This document shows positions 17,418 to 26,609 of a stretch of DNA of 64,000 bases, piece by piece; position 1 is the stretch's first letter, and every line of letters starts with the position of its first letter. The stretch spans positions 560-64,559 of IMG/VR virus record IMGVR_UViG_3300018079_000012. One strand, given 5' to 3'. A program made the translations under genes and the position numbers. Below the pieces are notes generated by a model. That model saw nothing but the letters and a program-made list of their open reading frames with translations. It was not told the DNA's origin and made no database searches. This DNA is from a virus (taxonomy: Duplodnaviria; Caudoviricetes).

Positions 17418-17666
17418 TTAACCCTCTGAGTTAGACGCCCAAATTAACCATGCGTCCAAGTACCAGTACCGAATACCGCCCCACGGGCTTTTGCTTCGCC
17501 ACCACCGCTCGCAAAAACGTCCGTTCCACGGCCGCAAATTCAATCCTATGCAGATATGGTTCGCGGCTGTTACGGGTCGTCCGTACCACACATGAACGTG
17601 CGGATCGGGCCAACGAATATGTGCGGTGAATTTCATTTTATCTCCAAATCCGATGGCTCTCGGCAA
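17418..17666 (-). CDS. Trp-rich hypothetical protein
   Basis: ORF track; start probably MKFTAH. Confidence 0.4.
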   Translation of the reverse strand: MPRAIGFGDKMKFTAHIRWPDPHVHVWYGRPVTAANHICIGLNLRPWNGRFCERWWRSKSPWGGIRYWYLDAWLIWASNSEG

Positions 17667-17717
17667 CCCACCAGCTTATGGAACTTGTGATTAACAAATG
17701 CTACGGCGGTTCCTTTT

Positions 17718-17963
17718 TTAAGCGACTCCTAAACAAGTCCAAGCGCCAGATCTTAGCGGCGTACCACCGTTCGCTTGAATCAGCGTAGCGTTCGCACGAA
17801 GTTTAACTATCTTATCGCAGACCGGTACGCCGCACGCTGTACATCGGTACCGTACCTCTGTAGCCCCCGGCTTTTTAGCCAGCGAATTGTGTAATCGGCG
17901 ACCGACGCCATAAATCGCGTCCTGTTGCGGCGAGTAACACGCGTGCGGTGCGATGATTGTCAT
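17718..17963 (-). CDS. small Cys/His protein
   Basis: HAC...LHN...YRCTACG. Confidence 0.55.
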   Translation of the reverse strand: MTIIAPHACYSPQQDAIYGVGRRLHNSLAKKPGATEVRYRCTACGVPVCDKIVKLRANATLIQANGGTPLRSGAWTCLGVA

Positions 17964-17968
17964 TTCGT

Positions 17969-18283
17969 TTATTCGCCTTTGAGCAATCGGGTGTACTGTT
18001 CTGCGCGGCGTCGATAATCTTGCGCGTCGTCTAATCTCCCGAATCTTTCACAGTATTCCGCTGAAGCCAGACAGTCTGCGTACCACTGTCGTAAAATAGA
18101 CGGGCGCGCAGCAAACTCGTAAATGTGAAGTGGTTCTCCAATCGTAGTCACGTATTTCATTGTCCCTCCCTCTTTTTCCGTTTGACTCCGGAATAAGTAA
18201 TAAAACTCACAACAGAACACGTCGCCACGCGAACACGCGGGCTGATTTCCTCGCACCTCTTTACCGCGCAAACCTCTCCGCAC
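17969..18283 (-). CDS. hypothetical protein (start probably MKYVTT at 18160)
   Basis: Strong SD GGAGGG before the internal ATG. Confidence 0.5.
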   Translation of the reverse strand: MRRGLRGKEVRGNQPACSRGDVFCCEFYYLFRSQTEKEGGTMKYVTTIGEPLHIYEFAARPSILRQWYADCLASAEYCERFGRLDDAQDYRRRAEQYTRLLKGE

Positions 18284-18299
18284 GGAAAACTACTTTACA

Positions 18300-18941
18300 C
18301 TACAAAGTACTTTTCTCCGCAGAGAGCTTCATTTGACAAACTCGCCTCGCCCACTCTCCAGGGTCCGTAAAGGTAGTGTCACGGTCGAACGACGCGCTAA
18401 GGTGCGACGCGAGGCAAATGCGTTCGGAGATAACGCGGTGCTCCCGGGTGTCCAGAGGGACTGGTTTCACGCCTGCCGCGATTAGTTCGCGGACCGCTCG
18501 GACGTTAGCTCCGTTCGTCGATCCGACCGCAGGGACGTCAAGGACGTTATCGTCCAGCGCCACGTCCGGACGACGGAGTAACGGTGTCGCACGCGCCCGG
18601 TATAGTTCCTCGCGGCGTTTATCGGCGAGTTTGTCAAGGGTAGCAGAAACGCGGTGCGCGTGTGGGGCGGTAGATAACGCCGTTAGCGAGACGGCCGGTA
18701 CAGGACGCCGCCGTGGATCGGCGGTCGCCGATACGGGCGAACGTTGCGCGGCCAAGATACTCTTTACCTCGCGTTCGCGGGCTTGCCGAGCGGACAGCGT
18801 GGACAATGAGAAGCGCTGTTGCCGGGTAGGTGTGACTACTCGAACTTCTGCCGTCGCAGAGTCGGCCAGGCGCGCTTTTTGCAAGCGCTTTGCCTCGCGG
18901 CGAGCGACCGTCAAAGCTCGATATTTAGCACGTGTGAGCAT
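18300..18941 (-). CDS. Arg/Ala-rich basic hypothetical protein
   Basis: 213 aa; co-directional with the early block. Confidence 0.5.
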   Translation of the reverse strand: MLTRAKYRALTVARREAKRLQKARLADSATAEVRVVTPTRQQRFSLSTLSARQAREREVKSILAAQRSPVSATADPRRRPVPAVSLTALSTAPHAHRVSATLDKLADKRREELYRARATPLLRRPDVALDDNVLDVPAVGSTNGANVRAVRELIAAGVKPVPLDTREHRVISERICLASHLSASFDRDTTFTDPGEWARRVCQMKLSAEKSTL

Positions 18942-18998
18942 CTAGCACCAATCTGGCGATCAGCAGCAGCCATAGGACGGCTAGACCGAATCGAACTG

Positions 18999-19283
18999 TC
19001 ATGCCTGAACTCGTCGGCCGGGTCCTGGGTGAGCCGCCTGGCTTCGCCGGTGCTGACCCAGTTGACGTTCGATTCCGGGCCGACGGGAGCCGGATCGCCT
19101 TCCGTTCCGAGAAGGAAGAAGTACTCGGTTGTATGCGGTTGCCAGAATGGTGACCGTATCTTGCTCAGCTATAGTGAGCGGTCGGTCAACCGGAAAGTCT
19201 AGATACAGATACACGCGCTCTAACTTTGCGAGCGCATATATACGGTCGTTACTCGTCATAGATCGTATCTCCCCCCAGCGCAT
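18999..19283 (-). CDS. hypothetical protein
   Basis: ORF track; SD GGGGGAG before the internal MTSNDR. Confidence 0.4.
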   Translation of the reverse strand: MRWGEIRSMTSNDRIYALAKLERVYLYLDFPVDRPLTIAEQDTVTILATAYNRVLLPSRNGRRSGSRRPGIERQLGQHRRSQAAHPGPGRRVQA

Positions 19284-19343
19284 ACGCGGCGCGCCCCCAA
19301 GCGGGTCTTAATCGACGCGGCGCTGGAACTGATACGAGGCTGT

Positions 19344-19811
19344 TTACTTCGCGGACTTCGCGGCGGGCGCTGTAGCTGGAGCGTCCATCGGCACCGCGAG
19401 CTCCTCGCCCACACTCGCTTGCATTGCCGTCAACGCACTCGCGCCGACGGTCGCCGTGAGCGTTATCGGAAACCGTTTCCCCCGATCTTCGGCGACCGGC
19501 CAGTCCGCTGGAATCGTGTACACGAAACTCACGGGCGAACCTTTCGCGGAGAGGAAAATCGGTTTCCCCTTGATCTTCGGCGTTTCCGACAGCGCCGTTT
19601 GTAGAACGTAATTCAGCGAGAGAGATTGTACAATCTCCAATCTCCCGTCCATCGTCGCACGCAGGTACACGGACGCTTTGTCCGTTGCAAGGGTTTGCTT
19701 CCCGTTCCCCTGCGATAATTGCGTTAACGACGCAATTTGCGTCTTTTCAGCCATTTCGTTTTCCTTGAGCAGAAAGTTAGGGACTCGATACGCGGGGGAA
19801 AGCGGGCGCAC
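19344..19811 (-). CDS. first early gene, hypothetical (start probably MAEKTQ at 19754)
   Basis: SD AAGGA; follows a sigma70-like promoter. Confidence 0.6.
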   Translation of the reverse strand: MRPLSPAYRVPNFLLKENEMAEKTQIASLTQLSQGNGKQTLATDKASVYLRATMDGRLEIVQSLSLNYVLQTALSETPKIKGKPIFLSAKGSPVSFVYTIPADWPVAEDRGKRFPITLTATVGASALTAMQASVGEELAVPMDAPATAPAAKSAK

Positions 19812-19846
19812 CCAGGACAGTCCAACCAGCGTCCGAGTCCATCTCT

Positions 19847-19875
19847 AGTATGCGCCGAGGTCCACTGAAAGTCAA
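19847..19875 (-). promoter_or_regulatory. sigma70-like early promoter
   Basis: TTGACT-N17-CATACT pointing into the leftward gene block. Confidence 0.6.
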
Positions 19876-19894
19876 GAGGTATTCTCACGTCCGC

Positions 19895-20320
19895 TCTAGG
19901 CTACTATGACCTGTAGTACAGACCGCTAACACCCGTGCACTAGTCTACTAGTGACTACACACTACTACTAACGATCACTACCTATACGCTACTACCTACT
20001 CACTACTACGCACTGCGGACTACCTATACACCGATACATACATAGCACGCATACATAGATATTAGTAGAATACGTATTACGGATACATAAGTATTACCAG
20101 AAGGTTCCGTAAGTCTTAGCCGGGGGTACAGACCCCTTGTACTTAGGTAGCAGTGCGAGGTAAGTATGAGAACGCCGCCTTTTGGCGTTCTAACGTCGTG
20201 CGTGTTCCAGATAAAATTTTGGCGAAACATGACAGGTACTTGGCGGGCGACAACGCGACGCACGCGGGAGAGAAAAATTTCCTGAGAATTGGCGGCGGTC
20301 ACTTGGCGCGGTTGGCGAAG
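19895..20320. repeat. non-coding switch region: CTAC/ACTA-rich tract followed by six TTGGCG copies
   Basis: Low-complexity tract at ~19895-20100; TTGGCG at 20182, 20219, 20240, 20289, 20303 and 20312. Confidence 0.65.
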
Positions 20321-20432
20321 GTTTATCATGGCCAGGTTAACTAACGCGGCCGTGGGAATTCACCGCGAGGACGATTAGCCATCCCGACTGGTCCGACGCC
20401 TCCGGCTCCGGCAGCGGGCGGTAGAATTAAGT

Positions 20433-20918
20433 ATGGGAAGTAACGCGTTCATAGACGACCTGGAGAACTTCGCAGCGTCCGCCGGAGATAAACTCAAGAA
20501 GTTATTCAAAGTCCCGATTTATACTCCGGGACCAGAAGACCGCGCGGCTATAGAAGCCGGGCCGTTAACCGGTGATCCCGGTGGTCCGCTGCGGTCTACC
20601 TTAACTCCAGCCGCCTCTAACTTTTTTCGGCATTTGGTGCAACAAGCGAGAGCCCTTAAAAAAGGCGGTATAGAAATTGGGAAAAATCTTCCTAAGGCGA
20701 TGACTAAGGAGAAGGCGGGGGAATTGATAAAAGAACTTATGGAACACGGGTACGGAAACTCGGTACCCGGCCGCCCTGAGCGCATAATGCCTTTCTCTAC
20801 AGCAAGTCGGTCTGCTAGAGTACAGAAAACTAGAATCCAACCACCCGGAACCCAATCCAGTTGGGGATATTTAGAGATTCCGTGGGAAGCGCGAGATTGG
20901 GAAGATCTTCTAAAGTAA
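20433..20918 (+). CDS. hypothetical protein
   Basis: 161 aa; -10-like TAGAAT just upstream. Confidence 0.6.
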   Translation: MGSNAFIDDLENFAASAGDKLKKLFKVPIYTPGPEDRAAIEAGPLTGDPGGPLRSTLTPAASNFFRHLVQQARALKKGGIEIGKNLPKAMTKEKAGELIKELMEHGYGNSVPGRPERIMPFSTASRSARVQKTRIQPPGTQSSWGYLEIPWEARDWEDLLK

Positions 20919-20931
20919 CCGGGCGTCGTCG

Positions 20932-21135
20932 TTACTTCTCGCCTTCGTCTGACCGCATCAACTCTCCGACGTTCACTAGTGCTTTTACCCCCCACTCTTC
21001 GCCCATCTTCCACCCGCGCGCGAATCCTCTCTGCCAGCCATAGTAAAACGCGCCGTACACGACGCCAGCTAACAGGATCGCGGCTAACGACGCTCCTTGT
21101 ACAATCTGTTCGTAAGTAAAACTAACTACGTTCAT
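20932..21135 (-). CDS. small membrane protein
   Basis: One TM segment followed by GWQRGFARGW. Confidence 0.55.
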   Translation of the reverse strand: MNVVSFTYEQIVQGASLAAILLAGVVYGAFYYGWQRGFARGWKMGEEWGVKALVNVGELMRSDEGEK

Positions 21136-21538
21136 AACGTCTCCGTTTCGGAAATGGTATCCGTCCGGCCAGAACGGCCTTCCAGTATAACTTTTGCTTC
21201 TTTGTCCGCTGCGCCCGTGTCTTCTTCCGGTGACACGGGATACACAAGGTCTGGTAATTCGTCAACTCGTCTTGAAGCTCGGGATGTGAGTGTCTCGGCA
21301 ATATATGATCTGCGTCCCACCATGTCAACCGGTTCTGCTGATCCAAAGTCAACCGGTAGCTACGGAACCCCGGCCAACGACGGCATCTCGGTCGTTTTGG
21401 GTCCGATTTCCAAGTCTTCCATTCCTCTCGTAAAGCGACAGTATCTAAACCGCAACTCGCACATATCCCTGCATCTCGTTGAAACAGAAAGTCTTTAACT
21501 TCCTTCCATCTCGTCCAGTCTTTGGTCTTGGCTATCAA
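21122..21538 (-). CDS. HNH endonuclease
   Basis: RDAGICASCG...ADHILP...NYQTLCIPCHRKKT. Confidence 0.88.
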   Translation of the reverse strand: MIAKTKDWTRWKEVKDFLFQRDAGICASCGLDTVALREEWKTWKSDPKRPRCRRWPGFRSYRLTLDQQNRLTWWDADHILPRHSHPELQDELTNYQTLCIPCHRKKTRAQRTKKQKLYWKAVLAGRIPFPKRRRYERS

Positions 21539-21560
21539 CTTTACCTCTGAGGAAGTTCCT

Positions 21561-21597
21561 CTATATAACTGACGTACCCGAGACTCAAAGGGTTACA
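21561..21597 (-). promoter_or_regulatory. ECF-sigma-like promoter (copy 4)
   Basis: TGTAACC CTTTGAGTCTCGGGTA CGTC AGTTATATAG. Confidence 0.65.
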
Positions 21598-21680
21598 TTT
21601 ATTTAGTAGACCGAGGGAATCTAGCTAACACTCGACGTTTACAGGACTTCTAGTGTGATAGTAGATATAGGAGAACGATT

Positions 21681-22292
21681 ATGGCTAAACTTCCCGGTGC
21701 GACGATTCAGGCAAGTGTGTACGGTATTACCGACTCGGTGTTCAACGATCACATGCGTCTGGAGACTACGCACGATGGTAAACAGGTGAAACTGAACTCG
21801 CGCGACTTCTCGCAAGCGACTGGCGACAGCATCGCGTTTAACGCCGTTCCTAACCAGATCGTCACTACGACCGGCGAAGTATTCGGTGGCCAGATCAAAC
21901 CTAGGATCGCCGATGCTATCTCGGCGTCGGCTTGTAGCGGTCTTGGGATCGACTCAGAACTTAAAGGCACTGGGGCGACCACGGTAACCAGCGACCTGCG
22001 CGGGATTAACATGTACCTCGGCGCCGCTGCTGCTGCCCATGTAATCGGCGGCGACGTCGTAGCGTTCCGGACCCGCGCGGAAGTCTCAACTAACCCGACC
22101 GGCCATATCGTTCTTCACAAAGTCGTTCAGCACGAAGGATCGCAGGGCTGGGATGCGTTCGTGAAGTTCAGCGAAGCGCTCGGTACGCACTCGATGACGA
22201 CCAATGCAGATAAGACTGCGAACGCGAAGTCCGGGACGATTAAAGTTATCGCGAACAACACCGAGTACCATATTCAGTTGTATGCCGCTTAG
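21681..22292 (+). CDS. putative virion structural protein
   Basis: SD AGGAG; A/G/T/S-rich; C-terminal GTIKV...YHIQLY resembles fibre or decoration proteins. Confidence 0.65.
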   Translation: MAKLPGATIQASVYGITDSVFNDHMRLETTHDGKQVKLNSRDFSQATGDSIAFNAVPNQIVTTTGEVFGGQIKPRIADAISASACSGLGIDSELKGTGATTVTSDLRGINMYLGAAAAAHVIGGDVVAFRTRAEVSTNPTGHIVLHKVVQHEGSQGWDAFVKFSEALGTHSMTTNADKTANAKSGTIKVIANNTEYHIQLYAA

Positions 22293-22300
22293 GAGATCGC

Positions 22301-22900
22301 GTGCCGCACATTGACGGAGTAAATGTTCCAGAACAGTTCGTCCGGCATCGCGTTAACGCGACAACTCTGGGCGCGTCCAAGACGATTACGGGTGCGACGA
22401 ACGCTAATCCTATCGTCATTACATCCGTCGCGCACGGCTTTGCTAACGGCGATGTAATCATCGTCGGCAGCGTCGGCGGAAACACAGCGGCTAACGGCTG
22501 GCGGAAAGTCGCGAACAAAACTGCCGATACGTTCGAATTAAATTACCTGGACGGAACTAGCGTCGCGGGGAACGGTGCATATACGGCGGGAGGGTCAGCA
22601 CAATCGGTAGTATCGGCGACTACAGCGGTTGTATCGACCCGCGATATCTGGGTTACGAAGGTTCGTTTAGCGAACACGACCGGCGCCGCTATCACTTTCA
22701 ATCTCTATGACAATCTCGATGGCGGCTCAACGCCTTCTGGACCGAACCTACGTTACGCCGCTGTTTCAATCGCCGCGAATTCAGTGAGTTTAGAGTCTCT
22801 GAAGTCTCCCGAGCGGTTGGAACAAGGAGCAGTTATATTCGCTTCTGCTACCGGGTTGCAAGTCACCATTGAGGGTTGGCGGAAACCGAATTTCACATAG
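22301..22900 (+). CDS. virion protein with FCCH-like beta domain
   Basis: ITGATNANPIVITSVAHGFANGD...TADTFEL...YTAGG. Confidence 0.7.
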   Translation: MPHIDGVNVPEQFVRHRVNATTLGASKTITGATNANPIVITSVAHGFANGDVIIVGSVGGNTAANGWRKVANKTADTFELNYLDGTSVAGNGAYTAGGSAQSVVSATTAVVSTRDIWVTKVRLANTTGAAITFNLYDNLDGGSTPSGPNLRYAAVSIAANSVSLESLKSPERLEQGAVIFASATGLQVTIEGWRKPNFT

Positions 22901-22907
22901 GTAATTC

Positions 22908-23327
22908 ATGGCCGCAACGTTTGAATATCTTGCTGGAATGATCGATGGGGAAGGTTGTATAGCTCTCTATCGTAAAAAGGACAAGAAGGCGCTGCGCGGT
23001 TTTACTTATTGTCCCTACTTAAAAATCGCGAGTAAGGATAAATGGTTTCTAGAGGAACTCGGCCAAGTTTATGGAGGCCGCGTCGGAAAGGGTGGGAGAG
23101 GTTTTACAGGTACTCAAATTTGGCAACTTTGGTTTACCGCGAGTGAAATACGAGAACTTCTTCCAAAAGTACTACCACACTTGATTTTGAAGAAACAAGA
23201 AGCCGCGCTTCTTCTGGATGCCTTAGAAATTACAAAGTGGCATCGAAGTAGTGATTATGATGACTCGACCTTAGATGGAGTTGTCTCGGCCCTAAAAATC
23301 CTGAAAGTCGATAGGAGGCCAGCATGA
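22908..23327 (+). mobile_element. free-standing single-motif LAGLIDADG homing endonuclease
   Basis: YLAGMIDGEGCI...PHLILKKQEA. Confidence 0.88.
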
Positions 23328-23854
23328 GCGCGACCTTCGAGTGGGACGAGTCTAATGGCGCCGGTGAAACGGTAACTCACGCGCGTACCGAAGTTAACTG
23401 GAAGAACATAGACGATTCGACGACCGCATACTCCTCGTCGTCTATCGCCGCCGGTAACAACTCGTTCAGTAAATGGCAGAACGCGCATTTCACTGGCACG
23501 TTTAACTCGATCTCAGCCGGACTTATCGCGCACACGGCTGGAGCGTTCGGCGCTGGTCTAACTCTTAAAGGCCAACCGGCGATGACAGTGGACGCGGATC
23601 GGCTTGCGTACACCACTCCCGGAACAGCGGCTTTAGGAACTCTGACCTTCGACGAGACCCCCGTTATCGCTATCGGTTCTGGACGCGCGGTTTTCTTCGG
23701 AGCGACTGGACCGGCGGCCGCTGGAAAAGCCGCGAGCACAACCTCTAATCCTGCGTACACGAATTATATGACCACTCAGTTACAGACTACCGGATCGGCC
23801 GGTGCGGGCGATACTGCGACGGCGACGCGGACATTGCAATTTGACGAGAATTAG
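23324..23854 (+). CDS. putative virion structural protein
   Basis: A/G/T-rich beta protein; ATGA coupling. Confidence 0.65.
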   Translation: MSATFEWDESNGAGETVTHARTEVNWKNIDDSTTAYSSSSIAAGNNSFSKWQNAHFTGTFNSISAGLIAHTAGAFGAGLTLKGQPAMTVDADRLAYTTPGTAALGTLTFDETPVIAIGSGRAVFFGATGPAAAGKAASTTSNPAYTNYMTTQLQTTGSAGAGDTATATRTLQFDEN

Positions 23855-23856
23855 AT

Positions 23857-24084
23857 ATGAGACACCTCTACTGTGCGTCGTGCCAAAAATCTATGGAACA
23901 CGACACGAAGATCGATAAGAACGGCGAACTTATATGCACTTGTTTGTGCGGCAGATTCCTGAAGTTCTCAGACGCGACTTTTGCCGACCCGCCTCAACCT
24001 AAGCAATCCAATGCTCCTCGACAATCCCATGTCCCAGACATTCCAGTTAAAGTATCTTTTTGGCGTTCATTATTCCGACGGTAG
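23857..24084 (+). CDS. small Zn-ribbon protein
   Basis: YCASC...H...CTCLCG. Confidence 0.5.
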   Translation: MRHLYCASCQKSMEHDTKIDKNGELICTCLCGRFLKFSDATFADPPQPKQSNAPRQSHVPDIPVKVSFWRSLFRR

Positions 24085-24430
24085 CGAGTTTTTCCAAACT
24101 CCCGACGACGTTTCTGCGACCGATCCAATCCGGTCGGCGTTCTACGACGTAGACCTGGACCGCGTCGAGTTGTTCCAATTAGAAGGCGACGGTCACAAGT
24201 ATCTAGTCGATCTCCGCGACGGACATTTCGAGATAGACGGGTTGCCGTTTATCGCGGGCGATCCTAGAGTTCAACCTATCGGACAAGAACTTCGCCTCGT
24301 TTACTTCCGGCGTCATCGCGAATCTCAGCACAGCGACGGTACCACGTCCAGCGCGCCTGTTGAATATCATTTTGGCTGGCAGTTCACCGTAGACGGGAAG
24401 AATTATCAGCAGACGTTAGCAGTAACGTAA
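23981..24430 (+). CDS. hypothetical protein (start probably MSQTFQLKY at 24029)
   Basis: YLVDLRDGHFEIDG...LVYFRR...YHFGWQ. Confidence 0.65.
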   Translation: MPTRLNLSNPMLLDNPMSQTFQLKYLFGVHYSDGSEFFQTPDDVSATDPIRSAFYDVDLDRVELFQLEGDGHKYLVDLRDGHFEIDGLPFIAGDPRVQPIGQELRLVYFRRHRESQHSDGTTSSAPVEYHFGWQFTVDGKNYQQTLAVT

Positions 24431-24433
24431 TGT

Positions 24434-25687
24434 GTGACTAGAAGACGAAGGATACGAGGAAAAGCAAGAATAGTTCACATGGCCGCTCCTACATATTTCG
24501 GTTCCGCTAGCAATCCGGCTGATAACGGTACTGGTGCGGAACCAGTAACTCTCCCAGTTACTCCACCTGTCAGCATGGTCTCTGGCGATTTGGTCTTGTT
24601 AATCGGCCAAATGCAAGTCACAACAGCGGGACAGATCACATTATCCGCTCAGGGCGGACAGAGTTGGAGCGCGGCGTCCGTAGTAACCGGCGCCAACGAT
24701 CAAGTAATGGCCTTGTTCTGGTGCCAGTTCGACGGCACTTGGGATACAAATCCTTCTTTGGCTTTTGCAGCGGCGGGCGGTACCCAACCCTGTACTGCGA
24801 TCATGCACGTGTTCCGACCCGCCACAGTAGGTACTTGGGCGCAGGACACCGCTATCGCAGGAGGCGCTGAAGCGTCGGCATCTCCGGTTGTTATCAGTGG
24901 GATAACCCCTGTCAATCAAGGAAACGTCGTACTAGCGGGCTGGATGATCCCGAACGTCAGTACATGGGGAACGTTGGCGGGTACAGGGTGGGTGGTTACA
25001 GGAGCGGCCCAGTATCGGAATACTTCCGGGTCTGACCAGTCCGCTAGCTTCGCTCACCAATTACAGAACGCGGCCGCCCCGACTACCGATGTTTCCAAAG
25101 TCCCATCGACCGCCGCTGCCGGTATATCCTTCACGATGGCTTGGTCTACTTACACAAAGACGACTAAGACTCAGACCGGCGTAGCGCGGATTACAGTCAC
25201 CACTACTAAAACACAAACCGGTAAAGCCCGTATCCAAGTTACTGTTACTCAGACGCAGACAGGGAAAGCCAGAATTACAGTAACCACGACGCAAACGATA
25301 ACGGGTAAAGCACGTATACAGAAAACCGTTACACAAATTCAAACTGGCGTCACTAGAATTCAGAAAACGGTCGTCCAAACTCAGACTGGCGTCGCAAATA
25401 TCACTACCGGCGTACAAACGACTAAGACGCAGACGGGGAGAGCTCGTATTCAGAAGACCGTTGTACAAACGCAGTCAGGAGTCGCGAGAATTACCGTCGT
25501 GACACTACGAACGCAGATGGGGAAAGCTAATATCCTAGGTACGACGACCCGGACGCAGACTGGAGTCGCGCGTATCGGAGGCGACGAAGAGCCTTGGGTA
25601 ACGACGTTAAAAACTATCGTGATCTTCGACAGTCCGATTGCGTTGTATAAAATTATTTGTCCTCCACGGACTTTACCGCCAGTTTAA
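24434..25687 (+). CDS. fibre-like virion protein with ~10 tandem 14-aa TQTGxARI repeats
   Basis: Beta-sandwich N-domain (GDLVLL), then repeats (K/Q)TQTG(V/K)ARI. Confidence 0.75.
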   Translation: MTRRRRIRGKARIVHMAAPTYFGSASNPADNGTGAEPVTLPVTPPVSMVSGDLVLLIGQMQVTTAGQITLSAQGGQSWSAASVVTGANDQVMALFWCQFDGTWDTNPSLAFAAAGGTQPCTAIMHVFRPATVGTWAQDTAIAGGAEASASPVVISGITPVNQGNVVLAGWMIPNVSTWGTLAGTGWVVTGAAQYRNTSGSDQSASFAHQLQNAAAPTTDVSKVPSTAAAGISFTMAWSTYTKTTKTQTGVARITVTTTKTQTGKARIQVTVTQTQTGKARITVTTTQTITGKARIQKTVTQIQTGVTRIQKTVVQTQTGVANITTGVQTTKTQTGRARIQKTVVQTQSGVARITVVTLRTQMGKANILGTTTRTQTGVARIGGDEEPWVTTLKTIVIFDSPIALYKIICPPRTLPPV

Positions 25688-25699
25688 GAACGAGGTGTT

Positions 25700-25969
25700 A
25701 TGCCAATCACAATAGAAATTCTGTCTCAACGGGAACGAGATATAGAATCGCGTCTCGACCAGCTACGCGCTGACTACAACGCTTACTTCGGCGCTTTGCA
25801 AGAAGTTAAATCGTGGACAGCGCTGCTCCGGTCAGAGGACGTTCCAGTAGCGACGGTGCGACTGGAAGATCTGACAGCGGCGTTGTCTCAGAATCCTGCG
25901 GTTCTAAACCTAGACGCTCTATCGTCGCCTGAGACTCCTCCGACGCCCGTTGAAAATCTTCCGGACTGA
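25700..25969 (+). CDS. small coiled-coil protein
   Basis: SD GAGGTG; GALQEV motif. Confidence 0.55.
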   Translation: MPITIEILSQRERDIESRLDQLRADYNAYFGALQEVKSWTALLRSEDVPVATVRLEDLTAALSQNPAVLNLDALSSPETPPTPVENLPD

Positions 25970-26261
25970 CCTTCGGGTCCGGTAAATGCTTCCAGTCTTT
26001 CCTCGCGACTATACGCCAGATCTGCTGGCGAGTTATCATCACGTCTCGCGAGTGCCGGAGCGTCAATAACGACGAGAAGTTCCGGGATAGATCGGCTGTC
26101 GAGAACCCCAGCATATACCCCGCGCGTATCCCACCGACATCGTCGGCCGTTAACTTAGAGGTCTGTACTCGTTCGCCACGTCTAGTCGCCGGTAACCTCC
26201 GAATCTTCTTCTGTTTCTTCATCGTGTCCAGCAGTTGATCTAACTTATGTCTCGGTCTCAT
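25806..26261 (-). CDS. HTH-type DNA-binding protein (like the C-terminal module of HNH homing nucleases)
   Basis: GER...SKLTADDVGGIR...ITRQQIWRIVARKDWKH; SD GAGGAG and TGGTATAGT -10 upstream. Confidence 0.6.
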   Translation of the reverse strand: MRPRHKLDQLLDTMKKQKKIRRLPATRRGERVQTSKLTADDVGGIRAGYMLGFSTADLSRNFSSLLTLRHSRDVMITRQQIWRIVARKDWKHLPDPKVSPEDFQRASEESQATIERLGLEPQDSETTPLSDLPVAPSLLERPLTGAALSTI

Positions 26262-26342
26262 AAATCTCCTCTACGTAAACTATACCACTTTGCAAGTCGG
26301 TGCGGCCGTGAAGTACATTGAACTTAGGAAAGGAAAACAAAC

Positions 26343-26582
26343 ATGGCTATCGGTTTTGCTCTTAATCTCACTCTCGGCGCAGGCGTTTATACTCCGGCCG
26401 CACAGCGTTCGGCGGCTGGTAATTTAACTATGGCGGCTGGTGGAACTGCGTTGACCATCCCGTGGGTCACGAACAACATGGAAGCGACTCCAGCGACCGC
26501 TACCGCGAACCTGAAAGTCGCGATTCAAGCGGGTGTCGCGGCGGTACTGAACAGTCTCGCGGCGTCTGGCGTCCCGACTTAG
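26343..26582 (+). CDS. small Ala-rich virion protein candidate
   Basis: SD AAGGA; TTGCAA-N18-TACATT upstream. Confidence 0.6.
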   Translation: MAIGFALNLTLGAGVYTPAAQRSAAGNLTMAAGGTALTIPWVTNNMEATPATATANLKVAIQAGVAAVLNSLAASGVPT

Positions 26583-26609
26583 GCGCGTCGGTATGGTATA
26601 GTTAACTGT

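Noticed and set aside
18376-19202. Long plus-strand ORFs (189 aa, 127 aa) and similar antisense ORFs such as 2679-3209, 13794-14246, 40377-41054 and 45341-45838
   Set aside because: They are shadow ORFs opposite better-supported genes, with S/R/P-rich composition and no SD or motifs.
19895-20100. Possible CRISPR array or mini-array in the repeat-rich gap, given a Cas4-like gene in the genome
   Set aside because: The repeats are 3-6 nt low-complexity units with no constant 25-40 nt repeat and spacer periodicity, and no other cas genes are present.
22908-23327. LAGLIDADG ORF as part of a group I intron or intein
   Set aside because: It has its own start, is flush with intact neighbouring genes and has no flanking ribozyme or splicing motifs, so it is an ordinary free-standing homing endonuclease.
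25150-25580. DNA repeats as a diversity-generating retroelement template/variable pair
   Set aside because: They are degenerate coding repeats that vary at synonymous sites, not specifically at adenines, and no reverse transcriptase is present in the window.
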